From Tubulanus polymorphus (lineage: Eukaryota > Animalia > Nemertea), in the NCBI RefSeq assembly GCF_964204645.1, contig NC_134029.1, positions 14,038,850-14,102,849 on the forward strand: 64,000 nt of DNA, read 5' to 3'. The position numbers and the translations under genes are program-made. Shown one piece after another: positions 47,849 through 61,407 of this stretch (its first letter is position 1; every line of letters starts with the position of its first letter). The notes under the pieces are model-generated. The model worked only from the letters and a program-made list of their open reading frames with translations. It made no database searches and was not told where the DNA came from.

Positions 47849-49194
47849 TTTGAATTTTCAATGTCAGAATTTCAATTATTTCAGCTGTTAGGGTTTCATG
47901 GTATAACTATAATGATGTAACTAGATGATGTGATATGGCACTGTTTATAAATGATAATTCTGCAGTGAAGCTAGTCATGAACTGTCCCTATTGAGTGTAC
48001 AGCCGCCAGAAACATAAATTTGCGTAGTTACATAAATATTTGCAGTGAATTTCAGATGAAACATGAAGCCCGATTGGCCGTTTACAAAAACATTATAGCA
48101 ATTATAACACAATTGAAGGATAATAATGATATACAACTTAAGTTAGAATTATGGCCATTTCTAAAATTATTTTATCAATTTGTGGTCAGCTTGGAACGTT
48201 TGGTTTCGGAACAATAATGAGGGGTGGTAGGTAGTCATGAGTTACGCATGTTTCTTCCATGTTGGTGAAAATCTCGCGAGAATGGCTCAACATTGAAACT
48301 AGCAATAAATTCCAAATATCATACATATTTTTTGTACATATTCATAATTTATGCGCTATAAAGTGTCGATAAACAATTGCATGTTTATGATCAGTATGTT
48401 TCGCCGCGATGGTTGCCTGGGACGCGATTTTTCACAAGAGAGTTTCTGCCATCTTGTTAGCAGTGTGCATGCTCCCCATTATGTTTGTTTACATAATCCA
48501 CACATGTGCACTGCACTCGTTCTATCAGCTTTCGGGGCAGCGTCAAATAGCCTAACGGAACCCGCCAACCTGGGCACCTATTTTACGATTTTACATCTAC
48601 ATGATTATATCAATTTCTGACAACGTTTTTGCATATTTAATTCGGGTATTGTAATTCTGCTGATTATTACTATTATAATTATTATAATTATATTCTTTTC
48701 CACACTGGATCTTACTGAAAGGATGTTAACAACTGCAACTTACTTTCACTGTCGGTGAAAACATTCTGTATCACAAGTACTATGTAGTCAGTAACCTGTC
48801 TGTGGTTTAGTTTCATGATCGGATATTTTCACAAACCGCAGTCAGGAATGGGAAGGTCATTTTTCAATGAAATCTTCGTCAGCCAATTTGACTGACGAGT
48901 AATTTGCCTGGCATTTCATTGTCTCTTTAGATATCCGTCTAATTTTTGTTGTAATCAACGCACAACAGATTCGTTGTTTGTTTGATACCCATAACACCTC
49001 ACCTGACGATCTTAACCCGGGGAACTCGATGGTTTCGGGAAGCGTAATATTACATCGATGACATAAACTGTAGCATTACCAGGAGACGGAATTTTAAGTC
49101 GCTGATTTTAGAAGCCTCCCACTAGGACGTGCTGCCATCTACCGCTAAAGTAACGAACTAATCATCAACCGGAAGCAACGTTTATATTATTAAA

Positions 49195-50090
49195 ATGGCA
49201 TTTCGTCAAAATAGGAACGTTTTTGATAATCTTTTGGATGGTTTTGAGAACACCGAAAGTAGTGACGAAATCGAAAATGATAACCGAAGTGACAGTGAAT
49301 TTGAAGGTGATTATTCCTCCGATTTTGATGCCGAAAATGACTCTGAATCTGATGGAAATAACAGTGACAATGACAATGATAATCGTAGGCCCATTGGTAT
49401 TGCTGCACCGCCGATTTATGCTGGCAATAATAATAAGTGCCCGTATCCCTGCTTTGGCCGCTGGCACTTCCTAAAAGATTATACTTTCAATGATCCAAAT
49501 AAACAGGGCAAGCTAAATGCCAGAAAAAGACAGAGAGTACAATAAATAACAAACTTATCTTGTAGACTGCATTTTAAGGTAAAATTTATTCTTCTACTGT
49601 TTACAAAAGCAAAGTTATGACTGTTCAAACATTACCGTAGAAACTTGAATTTTTGTCCGTTTTTCTGGTACATACCATGAAACCAAAAAGTCCCATTACT
49701 TTTTTGCTTTTGAAGCTTTTTACATAATTTTTACTTTATAATGTAGTAATGTACTACACATATATGTATGGTTTAATTTGATTATTCTAGTACCAAGTAG
49801 TTGTACAGTAGCATTCAGCCCATTTTCAATGTAAAAAATGTATTGCGCAATTTTCAGGGGTCTTTTTGGTAAAAAATATGGCCCCCCTTCAATCATACTT
49901 ACCATTTTTTTAATAGATTACAATTCTATGATAAATTCTGGTGAAATACATGTATCATACTTGTATTTATCACTTATAGAACAGGAGTTATAGCATTTTT
50001 AATTTTGATGGTTAGCTCGTTTTGCTAAAACAATAAAAGTGCTTAGGAACATAAGCACTTTACACCGAAAAAATTGCAGGAACCAAAGGG
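49195..50090 (+). mobile_element. Internally deleted piggyBac-like element (116-aa remnant ORF 49195-49545; right end at 50090)
   Basis: Acidic S/D/E N-terminus fused to a CPYPCFGRWH Cys-rich-domain tail; ...aaccaaaggg|ttaa terminus; left TIR not found. Confidence 0.6.
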
Positions 50091-51199
50091 TTAATCCATG
50101 TGCAAATCGGCCGTAAAGTGAGAGTAAATTTCCGTCCAGTCAACAGCTGCCATTTTGAAAATTACTGGAGGGTGCTGGCACCTGTGGACTGAGGCCAGGA
50201 CAACAGCACAAACTAACGAAGCGAAACAACGAAATTGAAAAAATTAAGAAATCAACACTAATTCTCATTTTTCTTCATCCAGAATCTATTATTTCATTAT
50301 TTATCATGGAAAGCAGGAAGATTTGAAATACATATTGGAAAACCATCAAAAATAAAAATTGTCGTTTCGTCTTGGAAGTTTTATATAAATTCTTGCAGGT
50401 CACCTTGTCTATCATGCCACATGTATGCAATACAGAGAAATGGCGGCCAATGGCGAAGTTTGTGGAGAAATTAATTAATTTCCCAAAATAATGTTGATTA
50501 ATCACTCAAAACATACATAAGATTGGATTATTTCGAAAGGTACCTATGTTAGTTTGTGAATTAAGCCATTAATTGTGGACTGAAGTGAATAGAAAATATA
50601 TTTTTGAAGTGTTACTTTTTTCAACCGTGTTTTGGCCCTTGTCATCCCTAACGTTGGTATACGCCCATCTGATTTTAAAAAGCTTACCACCAACGATTAG
50701 GTAACTAACTGAAGTGCTATGCTGCATTGACAAATACTGTATGTAATATTAATCAGAATTCCACTGTTTACTCACTGTGAGCCTCTAAACATCGAAATTT
50801 GAGCCCGATTCAAACCGTATCCATCTACGTATATGTATTGTCTACATGTCTTATTCCCACAGCGCCTCCTAAATACGTTTGTGTGTGTCCTTAGGTGCAC
50901 TGATATAGCAGTGTTCTAGATCCGTCGTAAATATACAAGCGGCAGTGATATTTTTATCTCTTTTCTAAGAGTCGATTGTTTTGCCGTTGAATTAGGACAT
51001 TCTCGATTGAACGCAACTGAACAATTTTTGTAGCCTTGCCGTATCTTGTACACAAGCAATAGCATCATTGCAGTATCTTCCCCGAATAGAGCTAATGAAT
51101 GCATCTATTCGCGAGAGCCTGGATGACTATATTCTGCTAGCATTACAATATTCCTTGACAAATTTACTTGGAACTTTCGTCAGATGTACGGAACACAGG

Positions 51200-52040
51200 T
51201 ACCTTAGGGTAAGTCGAATGGATCTTTGATTGGGGACCAGTTCACCCACTAGGGGGCGTTTTACTTTTAAAAATTCTGACATCGAAAAGTTACTGAGAAA
51301 AATTTTTGTCTTTGAGTTTTCAGCTTCGGCCGAGCACAAAAGTTCTTCATGACAGACCGGAGGCTAAAAAAGTCAATGGCACGCCCTATCTGCGATTAAC
51401 CGTTTGGGCTCTACGAGCTCGAAAATGGGACCCCAAATTTGTCAATGAGATTGGGGATAGAATTGTGGTTGCAACAAGTGATCAGTAGCCCTTGACAAGA
51501 TGCTTGTATTGATGTATGGTATAACTATGTAACTGATATGGTTCTCCAGAAGCGCCACCTTTAAGACGCTGGAAAACGCATTTTCATCTATATCAACTAA
51601 GGGTATCAATGGATTTCTATAAAAATTGATACACATGTACCTGGTCACTAAATGCAATGAACCCCTAAGAGTATTAGTTTCTATTTTAGCCATTAGGGGG
51701 CGTAAATTTTGAAAAATCGATTTCAGCATCCATTTATTTGCATGTAACGTGGTCTGTTTATTATTAAAATCACAAAACTTGGTATAAGTACAAAGTGTAA
51801 TATGCCAACCTGCACGATTACTTCAAACAACTGCCACCAAGGACTGTGAAAACAACGATTTTTGCTCCTAGGTCCTTAACCGTTGGGGATAGAATCGAGG
51901 TTGCAATGTGTGGTTAGTAGCCCTTTGATATATGGTATAAGTAGGTAACTAATATGGTGCTCCAGTGGCGCCACCTTCCTAGTACGACATTTAACCCAGC
52001 AAGGCAGAAACCCGTTAGCACTGCTTTGCAGCTATATTTT
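51200..52040 (+). mobile_element. HINE-like element with a family D-type 3' end (left limit uncertain)
   Basis: aaggcagaaacccgttagcactgctttgcagctatatttt matches the reverse complement of 37720-37760; internal repeat at 51455-51565 / 51880-51980. Confidence 0.5.
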
Positions 52041-52369
52041 ATCTTTTTTTCTTATTTAATTTTCAATGAAATGATTTTTTGCATACCGGTAGCCTACGTG
52101 ACAGATTTGTACTTCACACCAGTTTGGCGAGCCACTGGACCATTGGTCCTTTATTTATTACCTAATTTAACATGTTGTCTCTCCCTGGATGTATTAACTA
52201 TGCTAACTATGGTCGTTGTGATCTGTGTGCTGGCCACAAATGCACACAGATCACAGTACTCAACCCATTCAACACCCGATTACCCACAGCTTTGATATAA
52301 CCATACTATTATCTAGTGTGTTTCTCCCAGGATATTTGGGATATTCGATTGTTATTATTAGCAAGTTCT

Positions 52370-52958
52370 ATTATTGTTGTGAGTTTCAATGTCATCGATT
52401 TTGGTATATGGTTACCAGGTGGCGTGGAATAACTTAGTATTTCCACAATATATTTATATGTAAGCATATTTTGTTACCACAATAACTTGTTAGGTTGTAG
52501 CTTACAACATGGTCTAAGATTGTAATCAGTTTCAAGGTCATTAGTTTTTTAATGGCCACCGGAGGGCATTGAATGATACAGTAACTTAATATTACTATAT
52601 TATATTGGTACCTATTGGTTCCTTTTGCTAACATAATTTATCGCAAAATTGTAGCTCATGACATGTTCTATGAATATGGTGAGCTTCAAGGTCATCGGGT
52701 TTGCATACAGTCACCAAGGGTCGTCGTATAGCAGAATAACCTAGTATTTACATATTATATTGGAACCTAGGCATATTTTGTAATCACAATCAATTGCAAA
52801 ACTGTAATTGCGACATGTTCTATGATTGTGGTGAGTTTCAAGGTCATTGGTTTCTGTATATGGACACCACAGGGGGTGTTGAATATTGTTAGATCGTTAG
52901 ATTTTTGATCATTTGAAATCACTTTTTAAGTGGGCACGGTGTCCCTGGACCCCTAGTT
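52370..52958 (+). mobile_element. HINE family A 3' half, diverged
   Basis: ~153-bp repeats followed by aagtgggcacggtgtccctggacccctagtt. Confidence 0.75.
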
Positions 52959-53648
52959 TGGTTAACCTTTGTTAGCGCTAATGGAGTTGGCATTGTATGG
53001 CATGGAAATACTGTCAAAATTAGAATAGCATTTTTGACGCGTCAATTGGTAATACTGTCAAAATTAGAATAGCATTTTTGACGCGTCAATCGACGCGTCA
53101 AATTCACTTTATTCAAAATGTTATCTCATTTCATAATGCATTTAATAAAGATCTATATGGTCCTAGATGGTTTGGGTAAAGGTTAGGTTGAGGGCCATGT
53201 GTAGGTAAAACATTCCAACTGTATTTGGCTGCCTCGGTAGTCTAGCAGTGTCACTGTGCTAGCGCTTGCAGGCCTGAGTTCGAATGCTGTTCTTTTCTCT
53301 ATGTTGTATTTTTTCTACAGATTTTTAGGCCAGCCGTGGGCTGAGCCTATTACTATACAAATGGAGTGAATTTAAATGACATGGTTTCCAGAGCAAAGGC
53401 TCTTTTACTGTGCATAAAATACGAACCTTATTAGACACTTAGATTTGTGGTGTAATTCATGCAAGAATTCAGAGACTTTCATCCATTCCTTTGATTCCTG
53501 TCATTATAACCCTTCAATGGTCTAATTATTGCTCAAGGTTTCTTCGGACAGGTTACTGCTGCTAAGTGGCCACCAGTTTGTATTGTATATAATGTAACAA
53601 AAATACATTGAATTGTAACATCTACTGCCAAACGAAGAGTTTTCGAAG

Positions 53649-53920
53649 CAGCGGCTGATCTAGGAACGGCGACACCCGAGGGACCAGGGCCCCTCAAAGT
53701 TCTGAGCGTTTATTTCTTATTTTCCCGAATACTGTCGAGCCTCGGCTTGAGAGTTGTGTTGCAATAATCTACTCATTTCCTCTTGTATAAGTTCTAAAAT
53801 TCAGGAAATTGCACAATTATGGACGTCGAATCTGAAATACATCTATTCTGACGGGATAACCCCCAGATCCCCCACCCTCCGTTCGCGCCTGATACAAGAC
53901 AGTCCCTAGATACGCCCCTG
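53649..53920. mobile_element. hAT-like MITE with 5-bp TSD
   Basis: cagcggctgatctagg / cctagatacgcccctg ends; cgaag on both flanks. Confidence 0.65.
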
Positions 53921-54835
53921 CGAAGGACAGGCATAGCAACCGGAAGAGAAAAAAAACAATAGATGCTTATAAAATTTTTATGAAATAAGATTAAATTTTG
54001 AATAAAGTGAATTTGTCGCGTCGTTTGACGCGTCCATTCTAGCGCTACTAACGTAATTGTGGGAATTATGGGAAAGCCACAAAATTGCGAATGTTTTGTT
54101 GGACTAGGTGCCGTACATGCGCTAATTCCAAATGCTCATTTCTTGCGAGAATATGATTATTTCACATATCCGCGGTCGGTATTGTTTCATTTAATACCCG
54201 GGGTTTGTTTTGTTTGACCATCGAAGTGTAAGCGAATATGGCCTTTCTGTGCCCCAGTGCTAATCAATAGAATGTTGCATACACACCCTCATACAGTACA
54301 CACTATTATATAGTGATACTGTAACGCTGCTTGATAGCGCACGTATGAATGCATTGTTTCAATCAGTACGTTTGACATGCGCTTATTAGCTCTCGAGGAA
54401 TGAGAGATCTATTAGGAGCGTGTCGGCATCTCGTCGTGTATGTTAACGCGAACCAAAGCCCACCATTTTTACAGTCATTCAATTAACGAAAGATCCGATT
54501 AATGGGGTTAAATACGTTGCAAAAATAGATCTGGCAACTTTGTGTTCAAGATTACTTCACATTATATTGATAGAAGTTGATCACAATAATATTAAGAAAA
54601 TTTTTGAATAATATTGTATCAATAATTCGTTCGGATGAATTTATTTCACAAGGTGAATTAATATGCGGATGACTACATCACTTGGCGTGAACGGGTACCG
54701 TGCATCAAAGGGTTCCATAATGTTCGTACTCCCCACACAATGCCAATGCTAAGACGGGATCGCTGCAGATAGAAGAATGACGATTAGTTATATCCTAAAC
54801 AACGATTAGTTATATCCTAAACAATACTAGTTACG

Positions 54836-55223
54836 CGAACGCTGGGCCCGTAAACTCTTGGACTCGGACCTGCTGAGCAATAAATTCATAAAATTGACCT
54901 TGAAATTGATTGTGGAGAAGAGAGGGAATAATTCAATAGCTCTTCCTCAAAAAGAAGAGAGAAATATCGGAGAGTAAACACAACATGGCTACTAATTGAA
55001 CGGGGCAAAATTTCCGATGTTTATGGCTCCGACAGTGCCTTTATAACATGGATTGATCAAAATTCCCATGCAGTATCTGGAGATTGAAGTGAGCTGAAGG
55101 ATATCATACGGAATGTATCTGCAATAGCGGTAAGGTAAGGAAGCCTTTACACTTTTAACAAAAAATGTGGAAAAGGGAAAAAACTAAAAATAATCATGCG
55201 AATCTCAATAGGGTTTTCTGTGA
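54836..55223 (-). mobile_element. HINE-like family E fragment
   Basis: Direct match to 37375-37718 plus 39030-39087. Confidence 0.7.
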
Positions 55224-55727
55224 AGAAACAGAAAACCCTAATTATGGAAGCTCTATCACTTTGAAATCAGTCGCTGGTAACACTGAACGACCTACATCCA
55301 AGCTATGCTTTGCCACAATCAGCAATTTTGTGGCGACGATTCGTAAAATTTCTTTGCAGTATAGCTACATCATTCATGTCTACATGTTGCTGTAAAGTTT
55401 TTGTCCTCAAAAACTAGTAACAGCTGCGATAATAAACTTGTTTACGCATAGTGTGGTAAAAAAAAGAAAATTTTGTAAACAGTAAAATGAATTACAAAAG
55501 GGTTTTCTGTAGAATGATCTGAAAATTCTGTCGTTTCTTTATTGTCGATTTAGAAAAAAAATCAATTGCTTTATATCTAATGTTTTGTTATTGTATGTTG
55601 AAATGTAACGCCTTTGTATTTTGAATTTACCAATTGAAAATTCTTTTCTTTCTATTTCTTCCACTCTTATTTCATTTCTTTCTGTCTCTGGTCTACCTCT
55701 CCTATTTGCCCCCTGCTGTCGCTGTAG

Positions 55728-55850
55728 ATCAAATCATTAGAACGACGACTTAAAGTCACTGAAGATCGACTCCACTTGGAACGTGCTGACAACGGAAACA
55801 AACTCTCTGATGTTGAAGAGAAACTAATCAATGAAAACGCCAAACTTCAG
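55728..55850 (+). CDS. Host gene exon (IKSLERRLKVTEDRL...ENAKLQ)
   Basis: Long pyrimidine tract, gtag|...cag|gtttgt; 123 bp, phase 0 to 0; continues the coiled coil from 25545. Confidence 0.8.
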
Positions 55851-56403
55851 GTTTGTCTTCATTTTCCTTTGAAGAGCTGCTATGGAATTAAGACTCCTCA
55901 ACTGGTACTATTTGTTGGAAGCAAAAATAACAAAGCCATTGTCCTTATGCCTTATGTCAATGACCATATATCATCCATATAATCCACAACCTTATGAGAA
56001 TCAACTGTGTTGATCCTTGACAAATGGTTCTGAGAGTAATATGATATTAGCCGCATTCACAATCAGTGCTTCATCTAGCATTTAAAAAGGGCCTGTTTTA
56101 GGGCCAACCTGCAATGTTCCCTTTTGCATAGAATAAAGGTACCCCCTACTACGATTGAGGACTAAAAACTATGTTTCACTCTGATTTTGCCATGATTTCA
56201 ATATCTGAGTGACACACTTGACCACAGTACATCCTTACACCTATGCCTGTCAATGAACAAATATATATTATATATCAACATATTCAACTATTTACCTTCT
56301 CCGAGGAGTTTTTGCTGTTGCTGTTATCTAAGAGGCTTTCAGTGATGTTTAGTTAGAAACTGGAATGATTGCATAGAGCATCAAACGTGAACCTAAAGGA
56401 ATA

Positions 56404-57611
56404 CAGTCAAGCCCGCTTTATTTGGATCACTCGGGACCGCTAAAATTTGTGAGTTATGTGAAATCCGAATTAAATGGATAGCCTTTTGTGTAGCGATGAA
56501 GCGATGCGATTGAAGACATGGCGAACCTCCGTCGATGTACATGGTCAACTGAGTTAAAATTCTACGAAAAACGGTTTTTGGCGGGAAAATTCTTAGCTCT
56601 CGCGTATAAAATTGCAATGACCTCGATTGGGGGGCGTCGTCTCTACGAGCGAATGGGATTGGCTGTTTTTGGGATATACGGGGCATTCCGGCGCTTCTAA
56701 AATAATTATGGGAAAGCCATAGAATGGCGTACGTTTCATTGGACTAGGTGCCGTATACGTGCGAATTTTAAATGCTCATTGCTGGTGAGGATGTAATTAT
56801 TTTACACACATCCGCCATAGGTATTGTTTCATTTTAATACCCGGTGATTGTTTTGATTGACATCGAAGTGTAAGCGAACATTCACTTACACGAGGCCTCC
56901 ACCTGTGCGTGCAGTGCTACACTACACACACAAGCTCGTACAGTACACTACTCAAGGTGATGCTGTAACGCGTGCGCGTTTGACATGAAAATGGGCTGAA
57001 TAATGCAGAAGATGAGCGCTGTGTTTTCTGTTTGATAGAATTTGTAATGAATGTCATTTCTTGTGACCTGAAAATATTAAGCAGCAAACTAAAAGTATAG
57101 GTCGAGGTCTGAATATTGTAGTCGTAAATTCCAGGATTTAAAACGATCTAATAACCCTTCTGTACCGGTATTTTTACTTCCGCGGCCAACATTGGAAGAG
57201 GTTTCCATGACCCAATATCCAGCCACCCTCTGATATGTGACATCATATGAATTTTAGGCCATCCCATATTAATGGTCTGTTTGCCGTAACCCGACCGACC
57301 CGACTTCAAAGGTACCGAGTGAAAACTTTTTTTCTGGGATTCATTGAAATAAATTTTATTTTTGATAAAAACGGCCGACCGACCCACTGCCTACGTATAA
57401 GCTACGTATTATATGTTTGAATTCTCAAGTGTGCATCGCGTGAAAACATGCCTTGTCAATGTGGCCTAGTTTAAGTTAAATTTAATAATACAAACCAGTT
57501 AAGTGACATTTTTGTAAGGTATTATAATAAGAAACTGAAGGGACTTTTAAAAATCATAGGAGATACGTCAAAATCCGAGTAAAACCGATCCGAATAAAGC
57601 GGGCTTGACTG
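56404..57611. mobile_element. Tc1/mariner (pogo-like) MITE holding a family B + Harbinger fragment (~56501-57477)
   Basis: TA flanks; TIR cagtcaagcccgctttatt.ggatc / gatccgaataaagcgggcttgactg. Confidence 0.85.
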
Positions 57612-58589
57612 TAGTTAGCCAGAATGTTTCTAGCGGGTTATTAGCCCTGAAAAAAGAATTAATGAATGTGACTTAATTTGTTTCCTGTCTTGGTCGAAAT
57701 AATTAAGTCATCCTGTTTTTCCCCCTCTACAAGGAAAGAACACATGCACATGCTGGTAAAATTCGGTTACGTCTAGCTAAGATGTCACTCCAGTCCTATA
57801 CAGATAGAAGTTACTTCTTTGATACATTTAGTTCTTAATGCGAAAATAATTTTCCCGATAATGGTGATGTCACCTGGTTATATCATAACATCATAACCTA
57901 AGCTTCAAGGCCAATGGGCCTCTTGTTGATGGCTTGTGTTGCATCCATCTTAATAGATATTTTTCAATCACTGCCATTGCTACAATTTTCTTCCAATCAT
58001 TCTCTTGGCATCAACAACCCAGCGGAGCATCTCAGCTAGCAGGTTTTTTGTTTGACAATTGAATCAAGTAGTAAGAATTAATAGAATCTATTCGTAATGT
58101 ATGATGGAGAAATACTCATCAGTAAGTTTTATTTACTTCCTTTGAATTTGGATGACAGTCAAAATTGGACTTGTGTAGAAGTGATAACGCAAGTAGTTGG
58201 GATTTGTTAGGTCCCAAGAGCTATGATTTAAGCCAGTAATTATTGTATTTACTAAAAATTGATATTTTTTTAGGTACAAGGGAAAGAGTTTAAACGTAAA
58301 TGGGATCGAGAGAAAAGTCGTGCAAAACATCAGGAGTTGAGAGTAAACGAGTTGCGAGATGAAAATGAAGCCATGGTTATATCTCTGGCTAATTCTCCAC
58401 CATCATGTTACAATGCAATCACTGAGGATGGTGTCATTAAAAGAGGCCGGATTTCTTTGATAATTCCAGAATTCAAGAAGGTTTGCATGGCTTGAGTATT
58501 TTTATGGCACTACACAATGTTTACCTTGCTTAACACAAGTTAATATGCAGTTTTTCAATCCACCATTGTCGTCTGGAATTTTAACAATC

Positions 58590-59650
58590 ATTTTCGTTCA
58601 TTCCTAGACAGAAAGCAGTTATTTTGGGAAGTTTTGAACACCTTTCAATGGATATTCTTGATATTTGGTTCATACACCTACCTTAGACACATCGTCAGCT
58701 CAAAAACTGGCCTCGTCATTGAGATGGCTGACTGTTGGCCATTGTTGTTTGCCAAAATAGCACTTTCTACACATTTATGAATTTTTCAAGCAAATTTTTG
58801 AAGAAGCGTCAAACAATTTCCCTTATGCTTTCATACATATTTTCATCCCCCTAGGGGCCCAACAGCATGAAAAAAATTGGGTCGATCAGACCAAAGATGG
58901 ACTTCCTGTGACCTTTTTTGAGCCCAGAAAGGTCAATTTTGGCTTGAATTCTAAGGCTTATAGCACTTGAAATTGGCAATTGGCATTCTCTGTGAAGAAT
59001 TCTTAAGCGAATCAAAGGGTTTTGCAATCTGTCAATTATTACGCAATTGGTGGCCATCATAGTGTTATCAGTTCTTCGGCAGAAAAAGGTTTTTGTTGGT
59101 TTACCTTTATCAGCGATGTGAAGTTGGCATTCAGCCAATTCATGTAAAATCGCGGTACGTTTTTTAATGTGAGCATATGTTTTATTGGTTCTCGGCCTAA
59201 ACGACTTATAATCGATGCGCTTGAAGACATGGCGAACCTCCGTCGATGACATGGTCAACTTTGTTAAAATTCTACGAAAAACTGTTTTTGGCGGGAAAAT
59301 TCTTAGCTCTATCGTATAAAATTACAATGACGTCGATTAGGGGGTTGGCCATACTGAAAACACTAAGCAGCAAAGTAGGTCTAAACCTGGTATTTTAGCT
59401 TCCGCTGCCATGCATTGAAAGATTTCCACGACTCAATATTCAGCTACCCTCTGATTGGTGACATCATATGAATTTTATTCTAATATTTTTACATATTGTG
59501 AAAAATATTGTGAAAAATATAAAATAGTTTCCCTGCCGCGCCTATATGTACCCTACGAAATGTTGTACGTGGACCGTAAACAGTGTATATCTTAAATCTT
59601 ATTTGACTAAAAAATAATTCTTTGAGAAATATGAAATACAATATAAACTT
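58590..59650 (+). mobile_element. Diverged family A fragment (~58590-59095) followed by an internally deleted family B copy (~59096-59650)
   Basis: Sequence similarity to other copies in the window. Confidence 0.7.
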
Positions 59651-59843
59651 AAACGGTCTCATCATCCGATTTCATTTCAACAGGAATAATTAGTAGGTCA
59701 ATAATTAGTGTATGTACTAAATGCGTTACAAATTTTTACTAGGGGTCACCTATATTCATGAACAATGCCTAAGCAAGCATATAAGCAAACATATATAGCG
59801 TATACCAGTCGGAAGAAATTTTACACGTGGTTACAACAGACTT

Positions 59844-61285
59844 ATGATGGAAAACAACCCGATCAAACGACGACTGTATGATATTTTAATTTGGACAAGG
59901 CAATGCGATGAGATAATTTGATAAGCGCTGATGAATTGCTAGCTGAATACCCTGTGTTGATGGAATCTTATTTTCAATGTCCTTTTCGTGGCAAGACGTT
60001 TAAAAGTTCATCAGGTTTTACCGGGCACATTAAAAACAGCACGATGAAAATCCCAAGGAATATGCAGGTAATTATATATTCTAAACTCTATTCTCTATTT
60101 ACTGATAACATATATGAAAAGTTCCTTATTCCTCAACTTCACATTTCATATTTCAGCATCTTAGTATAAAATGAATCAAGTTTTAAAGGTGAAGGATCAC
60201 GTCCGTTCATCAATTTCTTTGAGTACGTAGCATTTTCTGGTGAAATGAAATTATCTATATGTATTTGCATTCATACCGCTCTTTCAATTATTATCTTTCA
60301 GAGCCTGGATGAGAATTAATTCTTGAAATCGTTTGAAAAAACTGTGTGCAACGCATTAAGAGAAGTGAAGAGCGATCCGATCATAACGAAGTCTCCTTTC
60401 GGCAGTATCTTCGAAAAATTGATCGAAGAATCGCACAATGCGCAAACAACAACCGAATTGTGCTATGTTTTAGCACCTCGAGTCGAAAAGTGTATACATG
60501 CTGGGAAAACCAGCAAATTTCCCAGTATCAGTCGGAATTGATTTGGAATCAATTCCATAATCTGAGGACAGATGAACTTTTAATCAATGAACTGTGTTTC
60601 ACATTTTCGCATGACAAGCACAGGTTCACATGCTTGTAAGCTGCTGGTTGTCGAGAGTGTTTAAACTCTCAGTGATTTGGCATTTCAGCAGCGATACTGA
60701 AAATTAAGTCGAGGGGGACGAGTGCGATTTAATGAAATCTGAGGAGGGCTGCGTTTCATCGCTGGTTATATATGTCGAAAATTGACAGATCGTTTTCAAA
60801 AGAGTAATTCATCAGTTTCGGCGATCTAGTCAGTATTGGGAGTATTGGGAGAAATATTCCAGAAAAGCGAATCGTTGAAAAAGAGGACCTTTCCTGGAAC
60901 ACACCGAGATGTGGCTAACATTAGTCAACCGTGGGGGATTGACGTTCGTGACCGATCCATTTTATTTACTGATACTGAATATCGAGAAATTAGTAAGGAA
61001 GGATTACAATCACCATAAAGCAGACTCGAATCTAAATGCTTGTGTGAGAAAAGGTTTTGTAGAAGACCAGCCGGTACATGTGTACCTAGATCAAATTAGA
61101 AAAAACTGTCTGACGAGGAGTAGCAGGGTATTATCTCCGTAGTTGTGAACCTGTATCTAAACATCCGCAGTCATGCATATGCCAAAGGAATTGTTGATTT
61201 CCATGAACAGAGAACTTCAACGACAAGCAAAGGCCAGAAAGGACTGAGGAAATCTTTAAAGGATTGCATCAACAGGTATATATAA
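59844..61285 (+). pseudogene. Decayed intron-containing gene: degenerate C2H2 finger plus FIAGY/RGGL domain; probable accessory gene of the P-like element
   Basis: FQCPFRGKTFKSSSGFTGHIKN; GT-AG introns ~60068-60156 and ~60223-60301; LRFIAGYICRKL (~60750), WLTLVNRGGLTFV (~60911), LYLNIRSHAYAK...KGLRKSLK* (61141-61285); several frameshifts and stops. Confidence 0.6.
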
Positions 61286-61407
61286 TCTTAAAGGACATTT
61301 CTTTATTACAAACATCAATTCTATATTTACATAGAAATACATACAAAAACATGAAAATACATTTTCATGAATGGATGATGTGACAGTAACATTTTCAATA
61401 TTGTAAT

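Larger units (their letters stand above)
46234..52335 (+). mobile_element. Family C copy fragmented by nested insertions
   Basis: Three colinear pieces (46234-46308, 47854-48280, 52215-52335) match 18800-19452 in reverse complement. Confidence 0.6.
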
